A DNA stretch of 64,000 nt, taken from Candidatus Nanohaloarchaea archaeon. Its GTDB lineage: Archaea; Nanohalarchaeota; Nanosalinia; Nanosalinales; Nanosalinaceae. This document shows positions 46,193 to 56,200 of the stretch, in pieces. Position 1 is the stretch's first letter; every line of letters begins with the position of its first letter. The notes beneath the pieces are model-generated. The model saw only the letters and a program-made list of their open reading frames with translations, made no database searches and was not told the origin of the DNA. The stretch spans positions 1 to 64,000 of the forward strand of contig JACOQA010000004.1 of assembly GCA_014297435.1 (NCBI GenBank). Reading direction: 5' to 3'. Made by a program: the position numbers and the translations under genes.

Positions 46193-47650
46193 TTAGGCTG
46201 CAGCCTCGGACTGAGATTCTGCCTCGGGCTGAGGTTGCTCTTCCTTATTTGCTGCTTCCTGTTGGCTCATCTGCTGATTTACAAATCCAGGAACTTCGTT
46301 AGGCATCAAGCCTCTTTTAGTAAGATCCTTTGCGATCTGTTCAGATTGGTCTCCAGGAATTTCAGGCAACATCGTTGATATCACGTTAGCTGACTCAGAT
46401 ACTATTTCTTCATCGGTCATTCCTCCCGGACCGTATTGGTTTACGTGTACTTCGTCTCCGACACCTAACTTAGAGTATGTCTCCGCAGAGTTCACAGCAA
46501 CAGATTCTTCGTACTCTTCTACCATGTTTTCATGGTTGTGACCACCAACATGAGCCACTACATTATCGTACTCTTCGACAAGAGATCTCTGTGCTATCGA
46601 ACCATATTCCCCTAGGATGTCTTGGTGTCCCGCAAGCACAACAGGACCATCGTGCCCCTCAATCATAGGCTCAATAGGCTCTCTTACCTCTTCAAACGTC
46701 TCCATCGCATCTTCCTTCTCATCCAGATAGTTCTCATGCTCATCATTTCTGAGGTCTTCAGGTATCTCTTTCAATTCAAGTTCTTCGGCATCTAGTCCAA
46801 TATCTCCGTGTCCGAATAGGCTGCCTACATATTCTACAACCGAGCCCACTACAGGTATGCTCCCCAATATACCGTAATCCGGCTCTTGAGATTCTTCCAT
46901 GGTTTCAACGATATTTTCAAGCTCCTCCCCCTCATAAATTTCTTCAAGTTCTGGCTCTTCAAGGTATTTTTCTTCGATTTCAGGTTCGACGCCGTGAGAT
47001 GCGCCTACGATTCTAAGATCTCCTATATCGACATAGTCGTTTTCCAGGTCTTTGACGTCGTAGTCTTCTATAAGGAATTCTCTGAGATTGTTCTCACCTT
47101 CATACTCCTCGAATCTTTCTTCAGCTCTCTCCTCTACAGCTTTCTTGAACGCATCAGCATCATTTGTAGGATGTGATCCGTAAACGTGATCGTGGTTGCC
47201 TGGAAGATCTCCTATTTCAACTTCTAGCTCGTCTTTTATTTTGCTCATTCCTTCGAAGTGGCTGACCTGTCCATCAATATATTCATCTATAAGGTCTTCC
47301 TCGAAGTCTTCAGGTTCATAGTTGTCATCATCGTCAAAGCTAACAACCTGAGGCGGAAGTTTGAAGTTGTCTCCCGAGTTAACTACATAGTCTATCTCAT
47401 CTTCCTCGAATTCTTCGACTATATCATCATAAGGCTCATCAAGTTCGGAGTCGCTCAGGTGGAGAATGTTTGCATCGTAGTCCTCAGAGCCATCTAAGTT
47501 CGGGACATCGTAGCTGTCAATTACTTCCGGTTCGTATGCTTCTTTAGTTTGACCAGCAGGGTTCTGAGGCTCTGAGTCTGGTACAGATGGTGTTTCGGGA
47601 GATACTGTTCCCTCAGGTTGAGAAGAGTCTTGAGTTTCAGCCTTGCTCAT
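46193..47650 (-). CDS. Calcineurin-like metallophosphoesterase with acidic insertions
   Basis: LHLSD, NSGD, PGNHD, AGH, GGHNH. Confidence 0.75.
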   Translation of the reverse strand: MSKAETQDSSQPEGTVSPETPSVPDSEPQNPAGQTKEAYEPEVIDSYDVPNLDGSEDYDANILHLSDSELDEPYDDIVEEFEEDEIDYVVNSGDNFKLPPQVVSFDDDDNYEPEDFEEDLIDEYIDGQVSHFEGMSKIKDELEVEIGDLPGNHDHVYGSHPTNDADAFKKAVEERAEERFEEYEGENNLREFLIEDYDVKDLENDYVDIGDLRIVGASHGVEPEIEEKYLEEPELEEIYEGEELENIVETMEESQEPDYGILGSIPVVGSVVEYVGSLFGHGDIGLDAEELELKEIPEDLRNDEHENYLDEKEDAMETFEEVREPIEPMIEGHDGPVVLAGHQDILGEYGSIAQRSLVEEYDNVVAHVGGHNHENMVEEYEESVAVNSAETYSKLGVGDEVHVNQYGPGGMTDEEIVSESANVISTMLPEIPGDQSEQIAKDLTKRGLMPNEVPGFVNQQMSQQEAANKEEQPQPEAESQSEAAA

Positions 47651-47975
47651 ATTGGTTAATGGTGGACGAAGAAATATAAAGCTTTTGTTACCTGATGATC
47701 AACACATATTTCTCTGAACTTTCTTTTCAGAAAGCCCTAAAAAATTCATTTCTAATTACTTATTCATGAGCTTGAAGGCAACTCCGGGTGGACGCTTTGT
47801 ACTCCGGGAAAACACAGTTCTACAGTAGCTCCAGCCTTCAAAATATCCTGATTATCTCAACTAATTTTTCTCGTGATTTATCTATGAAACTGAAACACCT
47901 AGACTTAACGCTTTCGCAGCTTCAAAACCCATTTAACGCTTCTCCGGAAATCCGGGAAACAAGAGGCTACTAAAA

Positions 47976-50582
47976 ATGGTTGAAGGCGACTACAACGCAG
48001 GCGAAGTTGAAGAGAAATGGCAACAAAAATGGGAGGAAAACAAGGTCTACAGATATCAGGGAGGCAGAGACTCGGATAAGAAGGAAGTCTTCTCTATCGA
48101 CACGCCGCCTCCGACAGTATCCGGAAACCTCCACTTTGGACACGTCTATGGAAACACTTTAGCGGATTTCCAGGCACGTTTCCAGAGGATGAGAGGTAAA
48201 GAGGTTTACTTCCCTTTCGGTCACGACAACAACGGAATCGCCTCAGAAAGACTTACAGAAAGAGAACTAGGCATAAAACACCAAGACTTCGAGAGAAAAG
48301 AGTTCCAAGAAAAGGTTAGAGAGGTCTGTGAAAAGTATCAGAACGAGTTCGAAGAAGGTATGCGTTCGTTCGGTTTCTCGATGGACTGGGACAACACATA
48401 CACAACAATCGATCCAAAAGTCCAGAAGATCTCCCAGCTCTCCTTTATTGATCTATACGAAAAAGGTAGGGAGTACAGGAAGAAAGCACCAGCGATTTGG
48501 TGCCCTGAATGTGAGACAGCTATCAGCCAGGTCGAGACAGAAGACGATGAACAGCATTCCCATTTCAACGATATCGAGTTCCCCTTAGCTTCAGGAAACG
48601 GATCGGTTATGATCTCTACTACGAGACCTGAACTACTGCCAGCATGTGTCGCAATCTTCGTCCATCCGAATGATGAGTCAAACGACCATTTGGTTGGAGA
48701 GAAAGCTGAAGTCCCGCTGTTTGACAGAGAGGTCCCTATTATAGAGGACGAAGGAGTTGATATGGAGACAGGTACAGGAGTTGTAATGTGCTGTACGTTC
48801 GGAGACCAGAATGACATCGAATGGTACCAAAAACACGACCTAGATCTCAAAGTTGCTATTGACGAGACAGGAACCATGACAGAACTCGCAGAGAAATACG
48901 AAGGAATGAGTACAGAAGAAGCCCGAGAAGAGATCATCGAAGATCTAGAAGCGGAAGATTACCTGATGGATCAGAGAGATATAACCCATACTGTTCAGGT
49001 CCACGAGAGATGTGGCAGCAGTCTAGAGTTCATGGTCTCGGAGCAGTGGTACGTCAAACTGTTGGACAAGAAAGAGGAATACCTTGAAGCAGGTAAAGAG
49101 ATGGATTGGAATCCGGAGAAGATGTTTACACGTTACAAGAACTGGATCGAAGGACTCCAGTGGGACTGGTGCATCTCAAGACAGAGAGACTCAGGCATCC
49201 CATTCCCGGTCTGGTACTGCGAAGGGTGTGGCGAAGAGATTATTGCCGACAAGTCCGACCTACCGGTCGATCCACTCAGTGATGAACCACCAGTTGCTAA
49301 ATGCCCGGAATGTGACTCAACCGATTTTGAACCGGAGGACGATGTCTTCGATACATGGGCAACAAGTTCGTTAACACCTATGATAAACGCAGACCTCCAG
49401 TACAATGAGGAAATCGATGAACTGGATATAAACAAGGAAGAGCTCTACCCTATGAACCTCCGTTATCAGGGACATGACATAATTTCGTTCTGGCTGTTCC
49501 ACACAGTCATCAAATGCCTGGAGCATACCGGCGAGGTTCCATTCGAGGAGGTTCAGATCAACGGCATGATCCTCGATGAGAACAGGCGTAAAATGTCAAA
49601 GTCGAAAGGAAACGTTACAACTCCTGAAGAGGTTACGGACGAGTTCTCTGTTGATGCAGCACGTTATTGGGGTGCAAACGCTTCGGTCGGTGACGATCTG
49701 GCGATGAAGACGGATGAGCTGAAATCCGGAGAGAAGTTGATGAGAAAGCTATGGAACGCATCTAAGCTTGTCGAGCAAATCGGGAACAAGAACATGCCGG
49801 ACATCGAGGAAGAGGACTTGGACGAAGTTGACCGCTGGATTATAGGTGAAGCGGACGCAGCAGTTGAAGAAGTTACCGAGAGAATGGAGAACTATGACTA
49901 CTCGAAGGCACGAGACAGTTTAAGGGTTGCTTTCTGGCATAAATTCTGCGACGACTACCTAGAGATCGCCAAGCAAAGGCTTGACGAGGAAACCGATCTT
50001 TCAACCGTTTACGCATTGAAGGTTGCTCACAAGAAGTTCCTTAAGATGTTCGCACCATTCATGCCTCACATCACCGAAGAGATCTGGAGAGATATGTACA
50101 GCGAGTCTTCGATTCACAGAAGCAAGTGGCCTGAACCAGAGCACGTTGATGCAGAACTAGAGAAAGGTGAGAACGCGATGGAAGTTATTTCGGGTTTGAG
50201 AAAGTTCAAGACCCAGAACCAGATGTCGCCTACCGCCGAACTCGAAACAGTCAAGGTCTTCGGAGAGATAAGGGGCTTCACAGACGCTATCAAGGAAGTT
50301 ATGCACGTGGAAAACCTTGAAATCCTGACCGAGGAACCAGAGACAGAGAAACAGATCGTAGAGATCAAGCTTGACTATTCGAAGGCCGGACCTAAGTTCG
50401 GAGACGATATTGGCGAGATAGAAGCAGCATTAGAGGATAACGAATGGCATATCGATGCAGGAATGCTGGAGGCTGCGGACCACCACATCCCCGCAGAGAT
50501 GTACGAAGTCCACGAACAAAGAGAGTTCAAGGGTGAAGGCGAGATGATCGAGACAGAGAACTCGGTCGTCATCGTCGAATAA
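47976..50582 (+). CDS. valS: Valyl-tRNA synthetase
   Basis: DTPPPTVSGNLHFGH, TTRPE, CTFGD, WDWCISRQR, KMSKSKGN. Confidence 0.97.
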   Translation: MVEGDYNAGEVEEKWQQKWEENKVYRYQGGRDSDKKEVFSIDTPPPTVSGNLHFGHVYGNTLADFQARFQRMRGKEVYFPFGHDNNGIASERLTERELGIKHQDFERKEFQEKVREVCEKYQNEFEEGMRSFGFSMDWDNTYTTIDPKVQKISQLSFIDLYEKGREYRKKAPAIWCPECETAISQVETEDDEQHSHFNDIEFPLASGNGSVMISTTRPELLPACVAIFVHPNDESNDHLVGEKAEVPLFDREVPIIEDEGVDMETGTGVVMCCTFGDQNDIEWYQKHDLDLKVAIDETGTMTELAEKYEGMSTEEAREEIIEDLEAEDYLMDQRDITHTVQVHERCGSSLEFMVSEQWYVKLLDKKEEYLEAGKEMDWNPEKMFTRYKNWIEGLQWDWCISRQRDSGIPFPVWYCEGCGEEIIADKSDLPVDPLSDEPPVAKCPECDSTDFEPEDDVFDTWATSSLTPMINADLQYNEEIDELDINKEELYPMNLRYQGHDIISFWLFHTVIKCLEHTGEVPFEEVQINGMILDENRRKMSKSKGNVTTPEEVTDEFSVDAARYWGANASVGDDLAMKTDELKSGEKLMRKLWNASKLVEQIGNKNMPDIEEEDLDEVDRWIIGEADAAVEEVTERMENYDYSKARDSLRVAFWHKFCDDYLEIAKQRLDEETDLSTVYALKVAHKKFLKMFAPFMPHITEEIWRDMYSESSIHRSKWPEPEHVDAELEKGENAMEVISGLRKFKTQNQMSPTAELETVKVFGEIRGFTDAIKEVMHVENLEILTEEPETEKQIVEIKLDYSKAGPKFGDDIGEIEAALEDNEWHIDAGMLEAADHHIPAEMYEVHEQREFKGEGEMIETENSVVIVE

Positions 50583-50641
50583 ACTCTTTCCTCTTCTATT
50601 TTAGAACAACCGGTTAAAACTTCCCTTCCCAATTTTCTTTC

Positions 50642-51415
50642 ATGACATCTGAAAATGGGATGCGTGTAGGGCTTTCACTAGGTCCAGAAGGAGATCTTGT
50701 CGAAAATATTGAACTAGCAGAGGACATGGACTTTATCGAGTTTGGACTAGGTGAAGGAGAACGACTTCAGGAAGATATTGACGCTGAAGAAGTCAACGAG
50801 AAACTAGAAGAATTAGATCTTGACTTGGTTGTCCACCTTCCTTTCCGACAGGTTCTTGCGACAGCGGTACCAGAACTAAACGAATCGATACTTGAGTATC
50901 ATGACAGACTTCTCGAGTTCTCAACTCAGATGGGTGCAGAGAAAGCAGTTGTCCACGTAGATACGAGAGGGAAACACGAGGAGATTGAAGAAGAACTGAT
51001 CCTTGAACAGATAGAGAAACTTGACGAACTTGGAAAGGAGCACGGAATTGAGATAGTTTTCGAGAACCTGGGTCACTGGAGAGGTATAGAACTTGAAGAG
51101 CTTGGAACTATGCTGGAAGAGCTTGAAGTCTCTATGTGTTTTGACACAGGTCACGCCTTTTCAGAGGTCGGACAGGAAGAAACAGAAGAATTCTTGGAAG
51201 AATATTCTCACCTGATTTCGCACATTCACTTTACCGATACACGCGAGGGCAGGGACATGCACCTACCTATCGGATCTTCAGAAGTAGGCTTCGAGGGCAT
51301 GATGGAAAAATTCGAGGATTTCGATGGAACAGCCTGTATGGAGATCTTTACAGATGATCCAGACTACATCCAGCTATCAAAGTGGAAGGTGAAGGATCTG
51401 TTCGAAGAAGGTTAA
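50642..51415 (+). CDS. Sugar phosphate isomerase/epimerase / AP endonuclease 2 TIM barrel
   Basis: VHLP, FEN, FDTGH, HIHFTD, DMHLPIG, E. Confidence 0.88.
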   Translation: MTSENGMRVGLSLGPEGDLVENIELAEDMDFIEFGLGEGERLQEDIDAEEVNEKLEELDLDLVVHLPFRQVLATAVPELNESILEYHDRLLEFSTQMGAEKAVVHVDTRGKHEEIEEELILEQIEKLDELGKEHGIEIVFENLGHWRGIELEELGTMLEELEVSMCFDTGHAFSEVGQEETEEFLEEYSHLISHIHFTDTREGRDMHLPIGSSEVGFEGMMEKFEDFDGTACMEIFTDDPDYIQLSKWKVKDLFEEG

Positions 51416-51440
51416 AAGAGTTCTAGTACAACTTTTTCGC

Positions 51441-52691
51441 ATGACCGACCCAAATCAGAACGACGAGGACGTAGGAATGAACAAATACCAGTTGAAGAAA
51501 CTGGTTAACAAGCTTGACGATATAAGAGGTAGAAATACCGAGCTTGTTTCTCTATACATACCGGCAGGTTATGACATGTCCAAGATTTCTGAGTTCATTA
51601 CCTCAGAACAGTCTGAGGCCGAGAATATCAAGTCTAAACATACTAGAACTAATGTCCAAGATGCGCTGGGCAAGATAGGAAGAAAGGTTCAGGAAGAACA
51701 TACTACACCTGAAAACGGTGTTGCTTTCTTTGCTGGAAACGTTTCGGATACACAGGGAAGACCTGAAATTAATATATGGGAGGTAGTTCCCCCACAGCCT
51801 ATCGAGTCCCGACACTATCGATGTGACAAAGAGTTTGTTCTTGAACCTCTAAAGCAGATGATCGTAGACGATTCAGTCTACGGACTTATCGTATGTGACA
51901 AGAACGAGGCTGCAATAGGATATCTTCAAGGTAATTCGATCAAGACAGCGTACACGCTTGATTCTGAAGTTCCTGGCAAAACACGTGCCGGAGGACAGTC
52001 AGCACAGAGATTCGCACGATTAAGAAAAGAGATGCTTAAATCTTTCTTAGGCGAGATCGCGGACAAATCACAGACTGCTTTCCTCGATAAAGCCAGAGAA
52101 GACAAACTTCTCGGCATAATCGTTGGAGGACCCGGATTCGTGAAAGATAAACTTCTAGATGATGACTACCTTCACCAAGAACTACAGGAAAAAGTTATTA
52201 CAAGAGAGAGTCTTGGACACTCCGGCGAGGGCGCCCTGAAAGAACTAGTTAACAGGGCTGAAGAATCTATTGAAGATTCACAAGCCGTTCTGGAGAAGCA
52301 GGAAGTTCAGCGATTTTTCAAGAACCTGAAAGAGGAGAACGGAAAAAGCGAGTACGGTCTTGAGCCAGTTATGAAGGCTTTGAAGATGGGTGCTGTTGAT
52401 ACCGTTTTGATCTCGGAAGACTACGATATGTTTGAAGCTAAGTACGAATGTGATAACGACCATGAGAAGACTGTTTTCGAGAAGGAAGCCGAGATAGATG
52501 ATTCAGTCGAATGCAGCGAATGCGGTGAAGAAATGGTTTTAGAGGAGATTTCTGATATAATTGATGTTGTTGCAGAGAAAGCAGAGGAAATGGGTTCAGA
52601 GCTTGAGATCATTTCCACCGATCACGAGGAAGGACAGCGATTAATGAATATGGGCGGAATCGCGGCAGTTCTAAGGTATAGAATCAGGTAA
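51441..52691 (+). CDS. prf1: Peptide chain release factor aRF1
   Basis: TELVSLYIP, NIKS, YRCD, GGQSAQRF, GGIAAVLRY. Confidence 0.97.
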   Translation: MTDPNQNDEDVGMNKYQLKKLVNKLDDIRGRNTELVSLYIPAGYDMSKISEFITSEQSEAENIKSKHTRTNVQDALGKIGRKVQEEHTTPENGVAFFAGNVSDTQGRPEINIWEVVPPQPIESRHYRCDKEFVLEPLKQMIVDDSVYGLIVCDKNEAAIGYLQGNSIKTAYTLDSEVPGKTRAGGQSAQRFARLRKEMLKSFLGEIADKSQTAFLDKAREDKLLGIIVGGPGFVKDKLLDDDYLHQELQEKVITRESLGHSGEGALKELVNRAEESIEDSQAVLEKQEVQRFFKNLKEENGKSEYGLEPVMKALKMGAVDTVLISEDYDMFEAKYECDNDHEKTVFEKEAEIDDSVECSECGEEMVLEEISDIIDVVAEKAEEMGSELEIISTDHEEGQRLMNMGGIAAVLRYRIR

Positions 52692-52725
52692 AAAATCCTT
52701 AAAGATGGAAATTCTGTTTCTGTAT

Positions 52726-53280
52726 ATGAACTTTGATATTAAGGGAGTTGAACTTGATGACAACCATTACGTCATCAAACAGGCACTATACAGGAATAAA
52801 TACAGGGTCGAGGATTCTTCGGGTAAAACAGTTCTGAAAACCAAGCAGAAGCTGTTAAAGATGAAAGAGGAATTTCCTTTCACTAATTCGGATGAAGATA
52901 CCGTTTTCAGTATCAAAGCCAAGAACCTGATGGATATAGCAGGCGACTATGCCCTGATAGATGAGGAAACCGGAGAAACGTTCGCAACGCTCGAAAAGAA
53001 ATTCACGTTCTTCAAGCACGACTGGAAGGTCAAGAATTCAGAAGGTCAGGAGATAGCAAGGATTGAAAGTGCGAGCTTCGGACTTGAAGTGATGCGTTCT
53101 TTGGTTGGATTCTTGAACCTGATACCTCAGAAATATGATATCTCAAGAGGTGAGGATAAGATAGGAAGCCTAAACGGAAGATTTAAGCTGAGAGATGTCT
53201 ACGATCTGAAGTTCGATGAGAAAGTGTCTGAGCCGTTGATAGCTGCGGCAGTTGCCGTCGATGCACTGGAGCACAACTAG
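52726..53280 (+). CDS. LURP-one/scramblase (tubby C-terminal-like) family protein
   Basis: YVIKQ, KQKLLKMKEEF, D.AGDY, LIAAAVAVD. Confidence 0.8.
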   Translation: MNFDIKGVELDDNHYVIKQALYRNKYRVEDSSGKTVLKTKQKLLKMKEEFPFTNSDEDTVFSIKAKNLMDIAGDYALIDEETGETFATLEKKFTFFKHDWKVKNSEGQEIARIESASFGLEVMRSLVGFLNLIPQKYDISRGEDKIGSLNGRFKLRDVYDLKFDEKVSEPLIAAAVAVDALEHN

Positions 53281-56200
53281 AGCTCTGACTCCAGATCCTC
53301 CAGTATTTTTTCCGTCTTCGTATACCTCCCAAGCTCCATAGCTTTCTGTGCGTGCTCGACCTTCATTATAGAGTCCTTTGGAAGCTCTCCACCTTCCTGG
53401 AGATCATTCTTTATCTCTTTTGAGATCTGTTCAAGCTTCAACTTGAGCATCTTTCTTCGATGCATCCTGAAACCCAAGTATCCTGCGCATGCGAATAAAA
53501 CAAGCAAAAGGGACGCCACCACCGGTAGAACTAGTTCTCTAGGTTGTTGTTCTGGTTCTGAGATTTCTTCCTCGGTATTGTTAAGCGTTGAATCGTCTTC
53601 AGCCGGAGTGCTTTCTATCTCTTTAACTCCTATAGCGAATTCAGTTGGTGCAGACATTACTGCACTGAAGTGCGTCTTGCCTGACCTTTCCGCCATTTTA
53701 TTTGAACCTATGCTCTGCCAAGGGTCTCTCCGGACGTAAACATCGATTTTAGAACCGTTCAGGAGTTCGTTACTGACCGAGAAATTAATAATAAAACGGC
53801 TGTTCTGAAGACTAGAGTCAAGACTGTAGCTGTTAAGAATATTGAACTCCTCTGCTTCGAACATCTGTCTTGTGATAGTCAAGTTTATCCTTTCCTCTCC
53901 CGTCCTATCTACCACCAATGAGTTTATTCCCTCCAAGCCTTCTAGATCCAATTTCTTGTCTCGTGATATGTTGATGTTCCTGAAAACTGCTTGGTCATTT
54001 TCAACCGTTCTCTCTTCCTGGATCTGATTTTCGTCTTCTTGCTGGAAAGCTGTTAGGCTTCCTGAACCACCTCCAGACGATCCCCCTCCTGAACCACCGG
54101 AGTCATCGGAAGAGTCTGTAGAGCTTTCCGTCTCTTCAGCGACCGCGTAGGCGGAGAAGCTGGAAACGTTGGTTTTTGCGACTGTTGAGTTCACTTCGCC
54201 CGAATCAATCTCTCTCCAGTCACTATCGCATTCATCCCTTTCAAAAGACCACTCGTCGCATTTCAGGAGTTTAGGAGAGTCGGTCTCAGCGTACTTGATG
54301 GTTAGTCCTGCCTCGGAGAAGTTTAGGTCGGTGTCGGCAGCAATTACCTCCTTGAACTCAGTGTTTTTCCTCTCTAGATTGTCTGTTGAGACGTCCTCGG
54401 ACCAGTTAACTGTAGTATTAGTATCTTTAGATATTTTGACTTCTCTGAGCTCTACATTCGAGTTATTGCCTACTTCTAGATCCCATACTCCCTCAGGGAT
54501 CGATTCATTAAAGGCGGAGGTATTGGAGCTTTTCAGGGTGAAGTTCCTGCCCCGGATGCTATGTTGAACCGAGTTCTTTTTCTTCCCGTTCTTGAACCTT
54601 AAAGTGAGATTAACGGGTTTTCTTACTTCGAAAGTCTCATTCAGGGTGTTCCGCTTTGAATAAGTATCGTTGACTATAACTTTAGCCGTATAGTTTCCTC
54701 TCTGTGCTGTCTTGTTGAAAAGCTCTGTTTTTCTGAAACCGGAAGGATAAGGGTTTTCACCAGGAAAACCTAGTTTCCTTGTTTCTGTGGTTGAGTTCGG
54801 ATACGTGATTTTGAGCTTTACCGTGTCTGGTGTCTCCTCTTTCATCTTGTAACTAAGATTAACTGTATCATTTATCTTGTAGACATCCCTTTTGTCCAAA
54901 TTGGTTATTTTAGGGGCTAAGTTCTCGATCGTAAAGAATTCTGACTTGAAACGTGTGTTGTTAAATTTGTCCGTCCCGTTAACAGTTATGTTGGTTTTCC
55001 CGGGTTTTAGATCAAGCCTCGAGTAGTAGAAGCTCGAATTTTTCGATTTTAACCCTTTGGAAGTCCCGTTTATGTATAGATCTGCCGATTTAAGATCTTC
55101 ATTTGAGCTGATGTTCGCCCAGATCTTCTCTGTCGTGTACGTAGTGTTTTCGATCGTTGAAAACTTCAGGGTTGGAGCTATGCTGTCTATCTCCAGGGAG
55201 CTGTTTGAAACCGCCAGGTTACCTACATCATCCTCAACAAAGTAGGTCAGATTGTAACTTGTCTCTTTGAATTTTACGGTGTTATTGAAGTGATAAGTGT
55301 TGTTTAATGCTAGTGTGTAGTTCTTCTTACCGTCTTCCTCGGACCGTACCTCCGCTACCGCTTCTACATGTGTGCTGTCGTTGACCGAGATGTTTATTGT
55401 ACCAAACGGTTCCCTGTACTTGCCTGCCGGCTCATTCACAGTTATGTTGGGCTTTGATGTGTCGACCGTCAGTCCAACAGATTCCTTCGCTGTGTTGCCG
55501 TTAGGGTCTGTGGCGTAAACCACAAGGTTGTACCTCCCGTCCTCAAGGTCCAGTGAGGTGTTTCCGGTAATCGTCTTGTTATCTGAACCATTGTTGTACT
55601 CTACTGTTGTTTCTTGATCTACACTATATCTAAGATCGAAGCTACCTGGATAGGAACGGTTTTGAGGACTGTACAAACTAAGCTTGGGAACTGTATCGAC
55701 CCTGAAGCTTCGGTTCGTCGAATTTACGTTTCCATGTTCGTCTTCAACATATAGAATTATGTCGTGGTAGCCTTCCTCGAATTCAAACGTTTTGTTCCCT
55801 GAAAGGGTTTTGTTCTCGGATCCGTTGCTGTACAGAACCTGATTAGCATCTTTCGAGGTGTAGTTGATGGATAATTCGTCTTTCGAGTACGTACGGTCTT
55901 TAGGTTGGTGTATACGAATATCTGGCGGAACGGTATCGACAGTAAAGTTTATAGAAGACGAGTTCCAGCCTCCTGAACTGTGCTTGGCGTAGAAAGTCGC
56001 GTTATGGAACCCCTCGCTTAAGCCATCTCTTTTATCGTAAAAGTGAGTCTCTGTATCATTCTGCATGGAGATATTTGAACCATAATCAACTGCGTAGAGA
56101 GTCTTCTCGATCTTCATATCGGTCGAAATGTTGAAGTAAGCTGAATTGTCCGTATAAGTTGTGTTGTTCGGAGATTCTATCGTTATATTCGGATATCTGA

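Noticed and set aside
47780-47960. Repeated TCCGG(G) words upstream of valS
   Set aside because: Short, irregular, with no consistent stem or T-box-like structure
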